A stretch of DNA of 64,000 bases from Octopus sinensis (GCF_006345805.1 NC_043001.1:135160001-135224000); one strand, 5' to 3'. Positions 36,693 to 50,284 are shown, numbered from the stretch's first letter. Notes: generated by a model from the sequence alone, not told the origin. Program-made: numbers and translations.

Positions 36693-37304
36693 ATATATAT
36701 ATACATACATATATATGTATGTGTAGTAACTCCCCAAAAACGAAGATCAAACACAAGAAAAAAACAACAATGTGAGGATGTGGTATACACAGAGTATTAG
36801 CAGATACTCAGGGAAGGAAAGAAAGGTGGTTTTACATTTCAAGCAAAGCTCTTCTTCAGACACAGGAGACAGATGAAAGTCCAAGAGAAAAGGAAGACGG
36901 GGGAAAAAAATTGCCAATGATTCACACTCACACACATATATATGTGTGTGTGTGTGTGTGTATATATATGTATGTATATATATATGTATATATATATGTA
37001 TGTATATATATATATATATATGTATATATATGTGTGAATATATATATGTATATATAATAATAATATTAGGGAGTAAATCCAACTTACAGGGATTAAATCT
37101 AATTTTATAGTATAAATTTATATATATATATTAAATTAGAGATAAAACCACTATTCGGCAAATCAAACAGTGAAAATCATAAACCAATACATAGAAATAA
37201 AATTAATTAATAAAAAATATATAAAATATGAAATTCAAAATTTAAATTATTTAAATTTAAAGTTAAAATTTAAAATTATTTAAATTAATATTTATACTTA
37301 TAAA

Positions 37305-37499
37305 GGTGGCTCGTAAAAAGCACCCACTACACTCACAGAGTGGTTGGCGTTAGGAAGGGCATCCAGCTGTAGAAACATTGCCAGATAAGACCGGAGCCTG
37401 GTGCAGCCTTCTAGCTTCCCAGATCCCCGGTCGAACCGTCCAACCCATGCTAGCATGGAGAACGGACGTTAAACGATGATGATGATGATGATGATGATG
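37305..37499 (+). mobile_element. SINE family B 3' portion with TSD
   Basis: TTTATACT(T)ATAAA at 37291-37304 and 37501-37513. Confidence 0.85.
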
Positions 37500-38886
37500 A
37501 TTTATACTATAAAATTAGATTTAATCCTAAATCTAATTGAGATCAGTAATATCAAAATGAAAACCCTCTGTAATTTTTAAGAAGTATTGCACACAATTAG
37601 TCTTAAGAAATTTTTTTAAAAATTAAACTTTCTTATCCTAACTCTGCTTCACAATGTACTCGCTGCTATTTTTCATCCCTTGTTATAATAAAATGTGTGC
37701 TAAAATTTAATTTTTGCTTTCTTTATCCCAAATTATATTAATTTTTAAATTTTGTGATGAGTCTTTCATAGATTCTTGTTCAATGGGAGTACATTAAAGC
37801 GATCCCGTCTCAATTCATATAGATTATAAAGATTATTTTCTGTTATCTTCAGACTCTCTCTCTCTCTCTCCTTCTCTTCTTAAGACTTGAGAGACAGACA
37901 GATTGAATAACATAGGTATTGACCCACGGTCTAGAAAAACTGCCCACTGATTATTAGTGGGAGCAGCTTATATTGGAAGTCTGTTCATGGGTGGAATTTA
38001 CCATGGTGGAATATGCTGTGGTGGAATTTTCCTCTGGTGAAATTTACCTGGTGGAATTTAGCACGGTGGAATTTACCTAGAACCATTTATATATATATAT
38101 ATTATATTAATAAATAAAACATATGCATATATATAAACATATATGTACGTACCTACCTCTACATGTACATATACACGCATATATGAGTACAGGACACCAA
38201 AAAGACGTCGAACACAATGAGAAACGAAAACATAGACACAAACCAAAGGAACTGGACATTTTTTTAAACAACAAAAAAATAGAGTACAGGACAATTAACA
38301 CAAAGAAAAAATCCCTTCTTCAGTCGCCATGGTTTCATCTACTCTATGTCTACATATATATATATGTGTGTGTGAATATATGAAGGGCTTCTTTCAGTTT
38401 CCATCAACCAAATCCACTCACAAGGCTTTGGTTGGCACGAGTCTATAGTAGAAGACACTTGTCCTCGGTGCCATGCAGTGGTAGTGAACCTAAAGCCATG
38501 TCGTTGGGAAGCAAACTTTTTACCACATAACCATGCTTACATCTGTAAGTGGTGAACTCATTTTTGAGTGGAAGGAAACAAGTGTAAATATGTTTGGGAA
38601 AATCCGATTGGAAGATTTTTCCAAAACAAAGCACTTCATTCATAAAACAAATTCCTGGTTTATGTACACGATGGGTTGAGTAAAGTGAAGGAGGCTACTT
38701 CAATAGAGGAGACCTATGCTCTCATCTTTACCAGCTGCTTCACTTAACCGACTTGAAATGTCTGTCACACACCTTTTTACAGTCAAGCATGTTTATTTCC
38801 TGATAAGTTTTGTACAAATTCCTTTTGTACAAATTTCACATTTCCAACTATTTGCTTTTGTTGATAACCCTTCTCTTTTAGTGTAA

Positions 38887-39280
38887 ACTAGCAGTATAAC
38901 CCGGCGTTGCTCGGGTTTGTAAGGGAAATAACTATATAAGCATTTTTAGATAGTTATAGCCAAAAAAATAGCAAAAAAATGCATTAAAAATGGAAAAAAA
39001 ATGATGGTAAATTTTTTTTTAAATCGTTGACACATCGTAGACATTTTTAGAGAGTTACTTCCCTTAGCGAAAAAAATGCATTAAAATGGAAAAAATTATG
39101 GTAAATTATTTTTAAAAGCGTAGACTCATCGTAGACGCGCGCTAATACCCAGAAAGGCTCGATATGAATCACGACTATAAGATACCCGGTTTTGGTTAAA
39201 CTGCACTGCAAAATGTGGGAGTAGTTAGGAATCTAAATCGGAGTAGACAGACACACAACCCTACTTTTATATATAAAGAT
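38887..39280 (+). mobile_element. Non-autonomous Helitron/Helentron-associated (DINE-1/HINE-like) element
   Basis: Starts ACTAG followed by hairpin CCCGGCGTTGCTCGGG, has an internal tandem duplication, ends CTTTTATATATAAAGAT; this is the end architecture known for DINE-1-like elements. Confidence 0.7.
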
Positions 39281-39673
39281 GTATATTTGATTTTCACTTT
39301 ATACATTTTCCAGACAGACAGATACACAGACACACACACACACACTAACACACATACACACATGAGGACAGGTACACTTACCAATGCACATATTAACATC
39401 TGATCCACAGACATACTGTGTCCTCTCTCTCTCTCCTTATCTTTCTACTGCTACTATAGTACCCTCTAATCATCAGATTGACTGGTTTTATGTCACCTTC
39501 ACTGAGTTTCACCTGAGCTAGTCACTTCTTTTCTTTCCTTTCTCATATGGGATCTAACCTCACAAACTCCGATGCCAAGTTCTTTCTTCCCAGAATATTG
39601 TTCCTTCTAGAATTCTTTTCCCACACATATATTTCCTGTAGATGGCAACTTGCAATAATGTAAGCAGAATATT

Positions 39674-39991
39674 GAGGGCGCGTGGCTTAGTGGTTAGGGC
39701 ATTCGGCTCATGATCGTAAGGTTGTGAGTTCGATTCCCGGCAACGCGTTGTGTCCTTGAGCAAGACACTTTATTTCACATTGCTCCAGTCCACTCAGCTG
39801 GCAAAAATGAGTTGTACCTGTATTTCAAAGGGTCAGCCTTGTCACTCTCTGTGTCACGCTGATTATCCCCGAGAACTACGTTAAGGGTACACGTGTCTGT
39901 GGAATGCTCAGCCATTTGCACGTTAATTTCACGAGCAGGCTGTTCCGTTGACCGTATCAGCTGGGACCCTCATCGTCGTAACCGGCGGAGT
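39674..39991 (+). mobile_element. SINE family E with tail X
   Basis: TSD AAGCAGAATATT on both sides. Confidence 0.9.
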
Positions 39992-40297
39992 CTTTTAAAA
40001 AGCAGAATATTAATTATACCAGTCTCTCTGGTATTTGTCAGCCTATGAAGACCTTGGACATTGTCCCAGCCTCAAGATTGAAACCAGTAAAACTATGAAA
40101 CAAACATTACTACATATCTTCTGTCTGGATCAGTTTTCTCATTAAATTCCATATTTTGTTTCCAAATCTCACTCCGGTTCTTACTCATGTCCTGGGTCTA
40201 CATGATGTACTCAGCCATCCTAACAATACTAGACTTGCTAATAATGCTGTATTCCTTCAGCCACAAAGATACATCCCTGCTCGAGGTTTCCAACTCT

Positions 40298-40674
40298 TTC
40301 TCGACACGGTTACGACGACAAGGGTTCCGGTTGATCCGAATCAACGGAACAGCCTGCTCGTGAAATTAACGTGTAAGTGGCTGAGCACTCCACAGACATG
40401 TGTACCTTTAACGTAGTTCTTGGGGATATTCAGCGTGACACAGAGAGTGACAAGGCCGGCCCTTTGAAATACAGGTACAACAGAAACAGGAAGTAAGAGT
40501 GAGAGAAAGTTGTGGTGAAAGAGTACAGCAGGGATCACCACCATCCCCTGCCGGAGCCTCGTGGAGCTTTAGGTGTTTTCGCTCAATAAACACTCACAAC
40601 GTCCAGTCTGGGAATTGAAACCGCGATCCTATGACCGCGAGTCCGCTGCCCTAATCACTGGGCCATTGCGCCTA
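40298..40674 (-). mobile_element. SINE family A, complete
   Basis: Reverse complement of 20115-20495. Confidence 0.9.
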
Positions 40675-40953
40675 CACGCACATATGTATTATAGTTAATT
40701 GGTTATTTATGCTTAATTTCCTGAAGCTCTTTAAAACAATATGGTATGGAGGATTAACAGCAGATTTTTGTATAAAGACATCTTTTGTTTTAAAAACACC
40801 ACCCCCAACACCACACTCATAAAACAATAAAAACCACCACTACCACTGCTAACACCACAACCACCACCACCACCACCACCATCTCAGATATCATCTACTT
40901 AATTACAGCATGCACTTTGACATAAGTATATTTGTATGTGTTTGTACATGTAT

Positions 40954-41222
40954 ACTCTTTACTGTTTTACTTGTTTCAGTCATTTGACTGCGACCATGCT
41001 GGAGCACCGCCTTTTAGTCGAACAAACCAACTGACCGCAGGATTTATTCTTTGTAAGCCTAGTACTTATTCTACCAGTCTCTTTTGCTGAACCACTAAGT
41101 TATGGGGACTTAAACACACCAACATCAGTTGTCAAGTGATGGTGGGTGGGATAAACATAGACACACAAACACACACACACACACATACACACAGACACAC
41201 ACACATACATACAAACACGCAT

Positions 41223-41257
<35 letters not shown>

Positions 41258-41393
41258 ATGGGCTTCTTTCAGTTTCTGTCTACCAAATACACTCACAAGG
41301 TTTTGGTTGGCCCAGGGCTATAGTAGAAGACACTTGTCCAAGGTGCCACACAGTTGGACTGAACCTGGAACCATGTAGTTGGTAAGTAAACTA
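40954..41393 (-). mobile_element. SINE family C (head slightly truncated)
   Basis: Matches C copies. Confidence 0.85.
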
Positions 41394-41467
41394 TTTTATT
41401 TCAATAAATTGGCCATGTAGGCATGATACAGAGGGGACAAACAAGGACAGACAAATATAGAATGGTG

Positions 41468-41632
41468 AGGAGTGGCTGTGTGGTAAGTAGCTTGCTTATG
41501 AACCACATGGTTCCGGGTTCAGTCCCACTGCGTGGCACCTTGGGCAAGTGTCTTCTGCCCTAGCCCCGGGCCCACCAATGCCTTGTGAGTGGATTTGGTA
41601 GACGGAAACTGAAAGAAGCCTGTCGTATATAT

Positions 41633-41668
<36 letters not shown>

Positions 41669-41886
41669 ATATGTTTGTGTGTCTGTGTTTGTCCCCCTGA
41701 CATTGCTTGACAACCGATGCTGGTGTGTTTACATCCCCGTCACTTAGCGGTTCGGCAAAAGAGACTGATAGAATAAGTACTGGGCTTACAAAGAATAAGT
41801 CCCGGGGTCGATTTGCTCGACTAAAGGCAGTGCTCCACCATGGCCGCAGTCAAATGACTGAAACATGTAAAAGAGAGTAAAGAGAG
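41468..41886 (+). mobile_element. SINE family C, complete
   Basis: Matches C copies. Confidence 0.9.
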
Positions 41887-41949
41887 GTAGCTTAAAGCGT
41901 TATTATAAATCGATTAAAGATATGAAAAATTAAAAAATAAAATAAAATA

Positions 41950-43255
41950 CACTGCGTTATACAATGTGACCCTGAAGGAAAGGGGTCCAACATAAGGGTA
42001 GGGCTTTTGCTTTTCTTCTAGGGCTCCACTTACCTGGTGCCAATTACTATCAGCTTTCTTACCACAGGCTTCAATCTCTTCTCGAATTTCTCATGTGACA
42101 GGTATCTCTTCTCCAGCCTGATCTTGCTGCTGAGGTGGTAGCTAAAAAACCTTGACCAATCCCTGGCCGGATACAAAGGTACCCGTCACAATCCCTTTCA
42201 CACATGTCTTCCATACCGTTTCTTTTAAAGTGGCTACCACACAGTAAAAACAGGCCTTCCTTTCTCCGCTAAGGGAAGATGGCAGCACAATCTCGATGAT
42301 GGACTCAGCTGATAGCTGTACTCTTCCCATCGATGACAGCAGTTGTTCTGTGAAAACTATCAGTCCTGATAATTCTGGACATTCCACAAATGCGTGCAAA
42401 ACGGCTTTCCTGTCCTGCCCACACCTTGGACATGTCAGCAAGACGGCACTTCCATGCCTTGACAGCTTATCATGAACTGGTAACACCATATGGAAGCACT
42501 GCCAAGCCAGGGATTTCTGGTAATTATCCAGATACCCTGGCTCGAACGCTTTCCTGAACAGGTTGAGCAACTGATTTTCATTGTAGCCCAGGGTCTCCCC
42601 CAAGACGTCTTCAGACATGAATCCCACTAACACGCTATAAAAATCCACAGTGGAACTTCTGTTACTGGCATTGCCTGCCCAAAAAGTAGCTGAAGTGCCT
42701 GATGGACTCCAATTGTCAATCCCTCAGCCTAGGTCTCTGCTTGATCTATGTACCAATGTCCATTAGGGACGTTAATCTCATAAGGTAGAACTGGACATGC
42801 AGTGGCCACACCTAACCTGTCCTTGTTAACCTTTGCTCCTGCCACCGCCTCATAACTTTTGATAGCCTCTTCCACCACTGGAAGCTGGCCTTCATCCGCC
42901 ATGATGATGGAGATGTCATCCCCATACACCATAACTCCTCTTCCACACCACAGGTCATTTGATGTGCCCCCTAGTGCCTTCAATTTCTGCAGTAATGGCT
43001 CAAGAGCCAACACATGCAAAAGCGGAGATAGGGGATGCCCCTGATGCACTGAGCGCTCAATCCTGAATGGTTTCGAAAAGAAACCGTTCACTTTAACGAC
43101 AGACTCGATGTCGGGTACAAAGCAGCAGTCCAACCGTGGAAGGTCGGACCCAGGCCAGTTTTCTCGAGGACTGGCACCAAGTACCGATGGTCAACCCTAT
43201 CAAATGCTTTAGACTGGTCTAAATGTACCAGTGCCCCTCCTGTGCCAGAAAGCTT
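41950..43255 (-). mobile_element. 5'-truncated, internally deleted Tx1-clade LINE (RT domain to C-terminal zinc motif)
   Basis: LDQSKAFDRVDH, SVHQGHPLSPLL, VYGDD, AKVNK, then SLAWQCF...TCPRCGQD; homologous to ORF2 at 58455-61884, with roughly 0.5 kb missing between RT and the C-terminal region. Confidence 0.88.
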
Positions 43256-44969
43256 CCACACCCTCTCTACGACCGCGAGTCCGCTGCCCTAACCACTGGG
43301 CCATTGCGCCTCCACACTTATTATATAGGAGTGTGTGGAAGTAGTTGGGAAAGAGATAAAAAAGCGGTAGCGATGGAATGCTAGAGAAAACTCTCAAGGT
43401 GCAGGAAGGTGACCCCAACCATGAATGCAGGAGTCGATATCTCATTAGGTGGTGAAGCAGTTCTATAGGCGTTTCTGTCCCATCCACCACAATGCTAGAA
43501 CTGCCCAGGGCCACCCACCGACATAAGCAACAAAACACCTGTGTAAATTGCATGAGCTTTCTTGAGTCAGGGGTTGCAATGATGTTGATGATGATGATGA
43601 TGATGATGATCACAACAATGCATATGTATGTGTGCATGCATGTATGTATATGTGTGTATGCATGCATATGTGTGTCTCATCATTATCATTGTTTTAAGCT
43701 TGCTTTTCCATGCTAGCCTGGGTTAGATGGGTTTCTTGTGACAGTGTTTAACACCTGGATGTCCATCTTTTTGTCAATCCTTAATTGACTCTTGTAACAT
43801 GTAAGGATATTGTGCACCTGTTCTAAACTCGACACACACATTCCTACGTGTGCATGCACGCACACACACACATACATGCATATGCCCTTCTCTCTCTCTC
43901 TCTCTCTTTCTCTATGTATGTGTGTATATGTGTGAATAAATGTGATTGTGTATAAAGGCAATGCTATGCCACTGCTGCTGCTGATGTTGATGTTGACACC
44001 TGTATATACACAATGAATATGCTAAGATAATTGTGTATTTAACATAATGTCTAACAAGGTGCATCTCATCAAAGAGGAATAAATTACCAGAATTTATGAA
44101 TAAATTCTCAAAAGAGAATGTGAAGTAAATGAGAGGAAGACATGAATAAATATTATTTAGTATTTATTGCTGAAAATTTTGTCAAGTTAATCTCTATTTG
44201 CTGGGAGCAGAAAAGTAAAAGTCACCACTTGGTATAACCTCAACAATTATGTCTAACAATTGTTAATCCTATCTCATACTTTAATCTCCATTCAAACAAT
44301 TCTGCTTTATCATTAACTTTTCAAGATTAATCTTTGGCAGAAACTATATACTGTGTAATGGTGGACTTGTGGTGGATTAATATGAATTTGTTTGGTGACG
44401 ATCGGATAAATAAAACTGGGTGAGAATTTACCTGTTGTTGAGGGGCTTTTTTTTTTTTATATTTTGCTTGGACAAATCAGAATAAATGTGGAGGTGGGAA
44501 TAGTACAGAATCAATAAATATTGCAATTGCTGTTCTCATACCACTTAATGTTCTGTTTATGGAGCTTAGTGGGGACTTAAGCTTTCACAGCTAATTACAT
44601 TAATAATAATATATTCATAACATGTGTATAGTTACAGTAGCTAGCTGGTTTGATGGTTTGGCAGTTTACCAATGGAAAGGTTGACAGTTCATATGTTAGA
44701 TTCATATTTCAGTGCTGTCCATGACTAAGGTGCTTGGTTCTGATTTAATTCTATTGGAATATGAACAGGACATTTGTAAGTCGACTATTGAAACCATGTT
44801 GGTCAAATATTTAACTAAATATAATATTAGGTAGTTAAGACGTCTTGCTGTCTAAACCGTCATCATAGAAGTCAATTTATCAAACTCGTTCTTATAAATC
44901 ACATGACTTAATTAATTGTATGACTTAATCACATGCAAATGAAATAATTAACATGAAGGTGATAATAAG

Positions 44970-45272
44970 AATGACGATGGTGGTGATGATGATGATGATG
45001 ATGATGATATGGAAGAAGTGGAGGAGTAGATGGATGATATGTTAATGAGGATGATAATGATTGACAATGATGATAATGATGATGATGAAGATGATGGTGA
45101 TGAGGATGTCAGTGATGAGGATGATGGTGATGATGATGATGAAAATGATGATGATGATGTAAATGATGATTATGAAAATGATGATGATGGTTGTAATAGC
45201 GATGATGCTGATGATAATGACAATGTTAAGGCTGATGATGAATGATGAATGATGATGATGATGATGATGATT
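44970..45272. repeat. Degenerate (GAT)n microsatellite
   Basis: Read directly. Confidence 0.9.
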
Positions 45273-45417
45273 GTATCTTACATATTTCTATATTGCATAT
45301 TTTATTCTCTGTCATCCTAGAATGAGAAATTAGTCTTATTGGTTTCAAGAGAACATAAAACTGAAGTTGTGATGTTCATGATTTTACCAATGTATTAGTT
45401 TCTCATTATTATTATTG

Positions 45418-45800
45418 AGTTAGAGATCAGGGCATGCCATCAAAGTGACGCTGGGGTAAAATACATGAAGCCCAACACACCCATCATGACTACCCGTCTG
45501 ATAAGGGTACACCAGACACCTGCATCATAAACACATGTTTAATGTGGTGATCTCATATCGAGATAAACAGAATGATGAACAAAATACCCATGTTTCCAGA
45601 GGTGTATTATCCAAACCCCAAAGAATTCCTCTCAACACATGGCTATGATGCTCCCCCACTACTTCTACTCATGATCAGAGATGCACATATCATCAGCCAC
45701 TCAGGGACATGGTCAACTGGTTAAGGTCAAACAATTAACAAGCAAATCTGTGGTACTGAGCAGAATATTTGCTGTAGCCCATCTTTTATACCATGACAAA
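45418..45800 (-). mobile_element. Non-autonomous (TAA)n-tailed element, truncated and internally deleted copy
   Basis: Homologous to 51340-51893; bounded by (ATT)n on both sides. Confidence 0.8.
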
Positions 45801-45804
45801 ATTA

Positions 45805-45848
<44 letters not shown>

Positions 45849-45852
45849 GTTA

Positions 45853-45931
<79 letters not shown>

Positions 45932-45947
45932 TATTATTATTATTACT

Positions 45948-47760
45948 TTTTTTTTTCTTCTTTCAAATTTGCTTCCATTTCTTGCCGAGTGTCTTCCCGA
46001 CTCCTAGGGCAAAGAAACTCATAGTATACATTGGTAGGCCATTAAACCAAACTCAATAGTTCGTTCTTTTTTTTTTTTTTTTCTTTTTTTAAGTTAAATT
46101 AAAATACATGAACAGCAACAGTTCTCACATCGACAATGCTCTTCTCAATACGTGTGATGTACCAGTTAAGACAATTTCTTTTCACTTCTTGCAGGGATGG
46201 TAAGCCAGGGATCATTCTCATATAATTTTCGGTTCCCTTCTTGATCATTCCTAGTGCTCCTACGATCACTGGTATTGTAACCGCCTTGAGATGCCACATT
46301 TTCTCAATTTCAATGAGTAGGTCTTTATATTTTCTGAGCTTGTCAAACTCTTTCGCTGAGATATTATGATCACAGGGGATGCTCATGTCGATCAATAAGC
46401 AAACTTTATTGTTTTGGTCTTTCACAACAATATCTGGTTTATTGGCCTTGATGGTTCGGTCTGTATGTACTGGAAAGTCCCACAGAATGGTTACATTTTC
46501 TCCTTCAGTTAGAGCCTCAGGGTGGTGATTATACCACTTGTCGGCAGTTTTGATATTGTAATGCCGACTTATTAGCCAGTGGAGATATTGGCCAACTCTG
46601 TCATGTCTTAATTTATACTCCACTGGTGCTAAGACTTTACATCCAGAGATTAGGTGCTCCACTGTTTCAATCATGTCGTTGCAGAATCGGCATTTTGGGT
46701 CCGCTCCATTTTTCATCACATTGGCCTGGTAGTTCCGGGTTAATAGGCTTTGATCTTGAGCAGCCAGGATGAAACCTTCGCTCTCTGCTTTTAGCCCTGA
46801 GCTCCGTAGCCACTGATGGGTTTGCTTCTGGTCAACATCAGCTTGTTTGCTGCGGGTCACATATTTGCCGTGCAGAGGTTTCTCCTCCCACCTATCAGCC
46901 AATTGCTCGTGCGCTTTTTTCATTGCATCATTTTCACCTTCTTTGCAACAATAGTTGCCGTACTCCCTCGGGTTGTTCAGTTTGGGTATCCTGCACGAGA
47001 TCAATAGCAAATTTTTTGCTTTCCTTATGATAGAATGGAGCTTCTTTCGTCTCTCGTGATTTTCACGAGCTTTAGCATCCAGTCATTCGATATTTCGAGA
47101 TATTTGGCCAGTCCAATTGTGGTTGTTTTGTAAGCTAGTTCAAATTGGATCAGGCCTCGACCTCCTTGGGCTCTGGGAAGGTAAAGGCGATCTACGTCTG
47201 CCTTTGGGTGGTGCATCCTATTACAACTCAGCAGCTTGCGTATTTTCCTATCTATATTCTTTACTTCACTCATATTCCAGTTCAACACATTGTAGCTATA
47301 AGTAACAACTGGAACTGCTAAGGAATTTATAGCTAACACCTTGTTACGTGCATTTAGTTCAGATTTCAGGACTGCACGAACTCTCCTATCACATTCCTTC
47401 CTGATCTTCTCTTTCATGCTTGCATGCTGAATACCAGAGCCTTCCTTTATCCCTAAATATTTGTATGTTTTTTTCTTGCTCAAGCTCTCTTATGACTGTG
47501 TCAACATCTAACACGACTGAATTTGTGGTCTTCACTTTCCCTTTCTGGAAAGTGGCCTTGGCACACTTCTCAAGTCCAAACTCCATCCCGATGTCATCGC
47601 TGAATGCTTTCACAGTGCGCAATAGGCCTTCAAGTTCATTATTGTCTTTACCATAAAGTTTTAAGTCATCCATATAAAATAGATGGCTTATTTTTTTATT
47701 GGCAATTTTATACCCATACCCTGTTCTGTTATTATTATTATTTATACCCATACCCTGTTC

Positions 47761-47764
<4 letters not shown>
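45948..47764 (-). mobile_element. 5'-truncated R4/Dong-type non-LTR retrotransposon (RT C-half, CCHC, PD-(D/E)xK endonuclease) in (TAA)n
   Basis: SHLFYMDDLKLY, YKYLG, RLYLPRAQGGRGL, CRFC...TVEHLISGC, RHD, KPDIVV...LIDMSIP...KYKDL; (ATT)n at 45801-45946 and 47765-47938; three or four frameshifts. Confidence 0.95.
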
Positions 47765-47799
<35 letters not shown>

Positions 47800-47904
47800 T
47801 ACTATTATTATTATTATTACTATTTCTATTACTATTACTATTATTATTATTACTATTATTATTATTATTGTTATTATTATTATTACTATTACTATTACTA
47901 TTAC

Positions 47905-47938
<34 letters not shown>

Positions 47939-47940
<2 letters not shown>

Positions 47941-48142
47941 GGTGGTGAGCTGGCAGAATCATCAGCATGCTGGGTAAAATGCATTTTGTCCATCTTTATG
48001 TTCTGAGTTCAAATTCTGCTGGTGTCGACTTTGCCTTTCATCCTTCCAGGGTTGATAAAATAAGTACCAGTCGAGGACTGAGGTCGATTTAATCAACTTA
48101 ACCCGTCTCCAGAAATTTCTGGTTTTGTGCCAAAATTTGAAA
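47939..48142 (+). mobile_element. SINE family D variant with non-Tx1 tail
   Basis: D head and body; tail ...GTTTTGTGCCAAAATTTGAAACC; similar copies at 52907-53100 (+), 25845-26055 (-) and 24330-24630 (-). Confidence 0.7.
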
Positions 48143-48859
48143 CCTTTATTTTTATTTTGCTTTGTTTGACTTTGTGTCTATTACATAACAGTTTTTTGCT
48201 ATAATTTCTTCTGTCTTTGAATCTAATTCACCCTTGATTTTTTCCTGCCATTCTGTCAGTCTGTTGTCATCGTAATACATCATTGATTTATCTAAATACC
48301 TTCCCTGTCCATTTGTCTAATTTATCAATGCTTCAGTATTATTATCGATTTATGAGAGTCTTTGAAGAATCTGTATTTTTACACCATTTCAATGTGTTGT
48401 AGTATTTACACTGGTAGTTGTTTATTTTTAGTTTGTTTGGTTCTTCGGAATAATCAAAAGAAACAGTTCACTTGAAACATGTTTGCATTTCATCCTTGTT
48501 TTTTTTTTTTTGTTAACAAAACGGAGTTTTTATTTTCTTTTATAATAAAAACCAAATTTGATGGAATCATCTTAATGGTTTCTTCATTAATGCTACACAG
48601 CTATGGAAAATACTATTGCCATGTTTATCAAACATTCACAAATATCAAAGACTATTAACCGATTTAAACTGATAATTGTCTTTCATCTTTGGTATGCTTG
48701 GCTGATTTCAGCAAGTGATACTTCTAGAAATATTGTAGGTTATATAATGGAATTGTTAATGGGTATCCATATTGATGAGCATTAAGAGAATTAACAATGT
48801 ATAGAAATATGACATGACTGCCTGATTATGTTCACAGTTTTCGCTCACTTTTATAGCAT

Positions 48860-49325
48860 ATCTCACATATATCACACTTGTCTCTCACATATCACACCTC
48901 ACATATTATCACCACCTTACACATCACACTGATTTTCTATGCTTCATACCACATAACTCACATACTACATTTACCCCAGCATTTCAAAAACATATCTTGT
49001 ATATTACACACGTCTCCAATGCTTCTTGCATATCACATACATCACAGTTCTCACATATTACATATAACACGTATATTTCATGCATATCTCATATACCATA
49101 CTTGCCTCTCACATTTCACACATATCTCACACACCACACTTATCTTCCACATTTCATACATCTCATATATCACTTTTATCTTCCACATTTCATGCATATT
49201 TCATGTCACACCTATCTCAAATATTTCATATGTATCTTCCACATTTCACACGTATCTCATACAGCACACATCGCTCACATTTCACATATGTTACATACAT
49301 CACACATATTTACCACTCTTCTCTC
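48860..49325. repeat. Degenerate CACAT/ATCT-rich minisatellite-like tract
   Basis: Recurrent TCTCACAT, ATATCACAC and TTCCACATTTCA motifs. Confidence 0.7.
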
Positions 49326-49922
49326 ACCCTTGCACCATGTAATGCACATGCTGGCTTCACATGGAGGAAAAGATCATGTCCACAGCCTTCACAGGTCTTT
49401 CAAGACTGATTAAAGATTAATGTAGCTATTGAGCACTTACAATTTTGCCAACAACAGGAAAAACAGATGGAGAGAAAATTCCAGAAGGCCTGCCTACTTT
49501 CTTGGATGAGTAGGGTGAAATGGTTAGTATAAATCTCCCCTGGGACAGGGTGGGAGCCAATACAGTAAAGGTGATGAGGGCAGAAGAGGCAAATGTGTCA
49601 AAAGATCCTAAATGAAAATGGCATGAAACAGATTATCCTTCATTGACATTTAGATTATTGTCAGAGTTACATATTTTTCAATCCCCATTTGTGACAATAT
49701 AACATATTTTGTTCCTCAGTGAGAATTGACCCAAGCTTGTATCTTCTACTTCTGTGAATGGTGCTGGTATGGCTAAGTGGTTAAGAGGATTGCTTCTCAA
49801 CCATGTGGTTTTGGGTTCAGTCCCACTGGATGGCATTTTGGACCAAGTGTTTTCTACTATAGCCCTGAGCCTACGAATGCCTTGTGAGTGGATTTAGTAG
49901 ACAGAAACTGAACAGGACCTTG

Positions 49923-49967
<45 letters not shown>

Positions 49968-49973
49968 AATAAA

Positions 49974-50203
49974 GGTGGAGAGCTGGCAGAAATGTTAGCG
50001 CGCCGGGCGAAATGCTTAGCGGTATTTCGTCTGTCGTTACGTTCTGAGTTCAAATTCTGCCGAGGTCGACTTTGCCTTTCATCCTTTCGGGGTCGATAAA
50101 TAAAGTACCAGTTTTGCACTGAAGTCAATGTAATCGACTTAATCCCTTTGTCTGTCTTTGTTTGTCCCCTCTATGTTTAGCTCCTTGTGGGTAGTAAAGA
50201 AAT
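49974..50203 (+). mobile_element. SINE family D with Tx1-like tail
   Basis: Matches other D copies. Confidence 0.9.
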
Positions 50204-50284
50204 ATATATATATATATACATAGAGAGAGAGAGAGAGAGAGAGAGGGAGAAAGAGAGATGTATATGTGTATGTATCTATATATA

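Noticed and set aside
38300-38350. Hammerhead at minus-strand CTGAAGAAGGGA
   Set aside because: No closing stem II or GAAA downstream; only a half motif.
48878-49413. His/Ile/Thr-rich ORFs
   Set aside because: Products of a low-complexity CACAT tract; open in three frames without codon structure.
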